A stretch of DNA of 63,679 nucleotides, counting the filler, from Choristocarpus tenellus KU-1152 (lineage: Eukaryota; Protista; Phaeophyceae), in the NCBI GenBank assembly GCA_964200185.2. It is 12 parts of 12 records of this genome, joined end to end, with 100 filler letters (N's around TTAATTAATTAA, not from the genome) between each part and the next. Parts side by side here need not be neighbours in the genome. Positions count along the whole stretch, not along the records: positions 60,855 to 63,679 come from CAXNAD020024426.1; 11 more parts are not named here. The stretch is one strand, 5' to 3'. The notes under the pieces are model-generated. The model was not told where the DNA came from and made no database searches. It saw nothing but the letters and a program-made list of their open reading frames with translations. Below, one piece after another: positions 61,869 to 63,679 of the stretch. Numbering within the stretch: the first letter of the stretch is position 1; each line of letters begins with the position of its first letter. A program made the translations under genes and the position numbers.

Positions 61869-63476
61869 CTAGCTTGGTGGTAAATGCTGGGTGCCTTGCC
61901 TCAGTGACTCAACCGTGCTGTGGGCAGAGGAGGAATAGCTGCTGTCGTCCTGGGCGGATGATGACGATTTCTCCTCACTGACCTGCCGCTCCTTTGCAAC
62001 CTTCTTATCTTGTCGGGTGGACTAGCAGGAGATGAGGAGGTCAACCAGGAGTGGAGTGGTATCAATGCAAAAAAAGAAAAGGGGGCAATTGAATTAGCTT
62101 TGTTGTGTGTGTTGGCACTGCACTGGTATCAATTCTTGCAAGTTGTGACCTTAAAAGGAATTATCGTGTTGTAAATTTAAGCGCAGTACAACAATGCCCT
62201 TCCCCAACAATCACTAACAAATAATGAATTGAGAGGTCCACATCTCCCACTTGTGTACCTCCTACGCCCGCCAACTGCAGTCACCTCTTCCAAGTGAAAA
62301 TGTAACCGATTTTCAATATAAATTTTTAACCTCTTTATGCCTCTTTCCGATCCGCATTACTCCTACCCACAACAAACCCCCCCCCTTAAAAAAAGGAATT
62401 CAAAATTTAGAAGAACAAGGAAAAAAATTAGATAATTTCCAGTATGTACTAACAAACATGACACTGCAACATGAAAATAAAAACATAAAAATATAATAAA
62501 ACAAAAGAGTACCAAAACATCATCATAACAGGTAACACATGCCTTCCTAATTCCTCCCTCCACATCCTCTCTTGCACCACTCTCATCCAATCCCACAAAT
62601 TACCCTTCACACTAACAACAGAAATAAATGCCTTCCCTCCATGCAAAATCCCAACCGTGACTGAAATCAAGTACAATTTAAACTCATTCCAAGTCGATAG
62701 AACAAACAAATAACACCACCCGCAACACACCCCGCTACGCTCAGAACCTACAGAAAATTCCCAGAATTCGACTTGGTTCGAACAACAATTCCTCACCTTT
62801 GACTTCGAACCAATGTCCAACGAACCCGACTTGTTCCTTCCGGGAGGAATCACATTGGTGCGGCCCTGCACAGACGGTCGAAACAAACGTACATTGTTAA
62901 TAAAAAAAATATGCGTAAGTTGAGTCGAACAATTTTGTGTTAACAAGAATAAAAAAAATGATCACATCGCACTCTACTTACTGGAAGGGTGTTAGAGCAC
63001 AAAGGCTCTGGAAAAGAGGTTTCAATGATGGGGATTACACTTTTACCACTATCAACACTTACCACTTATCAAAATCGTTGGGAGCAGGAGACACTGAACG
63101 CAACACACCCCACAGAGTCAAACACAGAAACATGAAATGAATTACGAAATCAATTAATCGTTCTTTTTTAACACGATGTCACAACCAACACCAATGCGAC
63201 GCTCGTTACAAGAGTTTTTTTTTTCAATTCACATAATAAAAGCTCATCCATTATAAAAGTTTAAAATGAAGTACGATCAAACCAGGAGAACAAGAGAGGG
63301 CCGGCCACGCACACACTGCAGTTCAAACCAGCAACCGTACTTCAACTCACCCTCAAGATTACAGTAGGATCCATCCCCAAGGAAGTGCACTCGATGTCGC
63401 CCGTGACGCAGCCTGTGTTTCTGATCTGCATCTTCTCACACTGGACGTTACCAACAAGAATACCCAACACATACAC
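61869..63476 (-). CDS. Bactofilin (polymer-forming cytoskeletal) domain protein, 5'-partial, intron-containing
   Basis: Phase-0 GT-AG exons 63476-63351, 62865-62797 and probably 62021-61869 splice to VYVLGILVGNVQCEKMQIRNTGCVTGDIECTSLGMDPTVILR|GRTNVIPPGRNKSGSLDIGSKSK|STRQDKK..(Ser-rich)*. The first about 47 aa match the C-terminal windings of the bactofilin beta-helix (V.V.G.+.GN+.....+...G.V.GDI....L.+....+.G). Confidence 0.8.
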
Positions 63477-63679
63477 CTTTTTTTGGCAATGTGGGTGGAG
63501 ATGGCAACAATGAAGGAAGGGACAAGGAAATTAAAAAACAAAAAAATAATTCAACATGAATGCTTCCCCTTAGCAAGACAGGAGGAAGAAGGGGGGGGGG
63601 GGAGGGGGGGGGTTGTGTACATTGACACAAAAGAAAAAAAAAGGATGCAGGGCTTCATGATCACGTAAGGTTCGGTTGG

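Overview
This is eukaryotic nuclear DNA and not one contiguous locus. Twelve short contigs are joined by eleven artificial 100-nt linkers (44 N + TTAATTAATTAA + 44 N). Intron-rich genes, scattered TTAGGG repeats and the gene content point to a stramenopile, most plausibly a brown alga (inference). Genes reconstructed by hand-splicing are: a FAR1/MULE-SWIM transposase-derived gene that appears to have lost all three DDE residues; a P5A-type ATPase; a COPI-associated/TVP15-like membrane protein head-to-head with SMUG1; a PPR protein; the last exon of an ABCG transporter; a possibly PUS10-like gene head-to-head with eIF2B-epsilon (two GC-AG introns); a Golgi-type carbohydrate sulfotransferase; a TBC Rab-GAP; and an intron-containing bactofilin-domain gene that the ORF track misses. 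Mobile DNA comprises CRE-like RLE non-LTR retrotransposon remnants in head-to-tail stacks, a decayed DD39D mariner transposase, and a 2.2-kb TA-flanked element with about 315-bp TIRs nested in a CRE copy. There is also a roughly 245-bp MITE-like unit that occurs both solo and as an inverted pair around the mariner fragment. All gene models and family calls come from reading and motif recall, with no database search.
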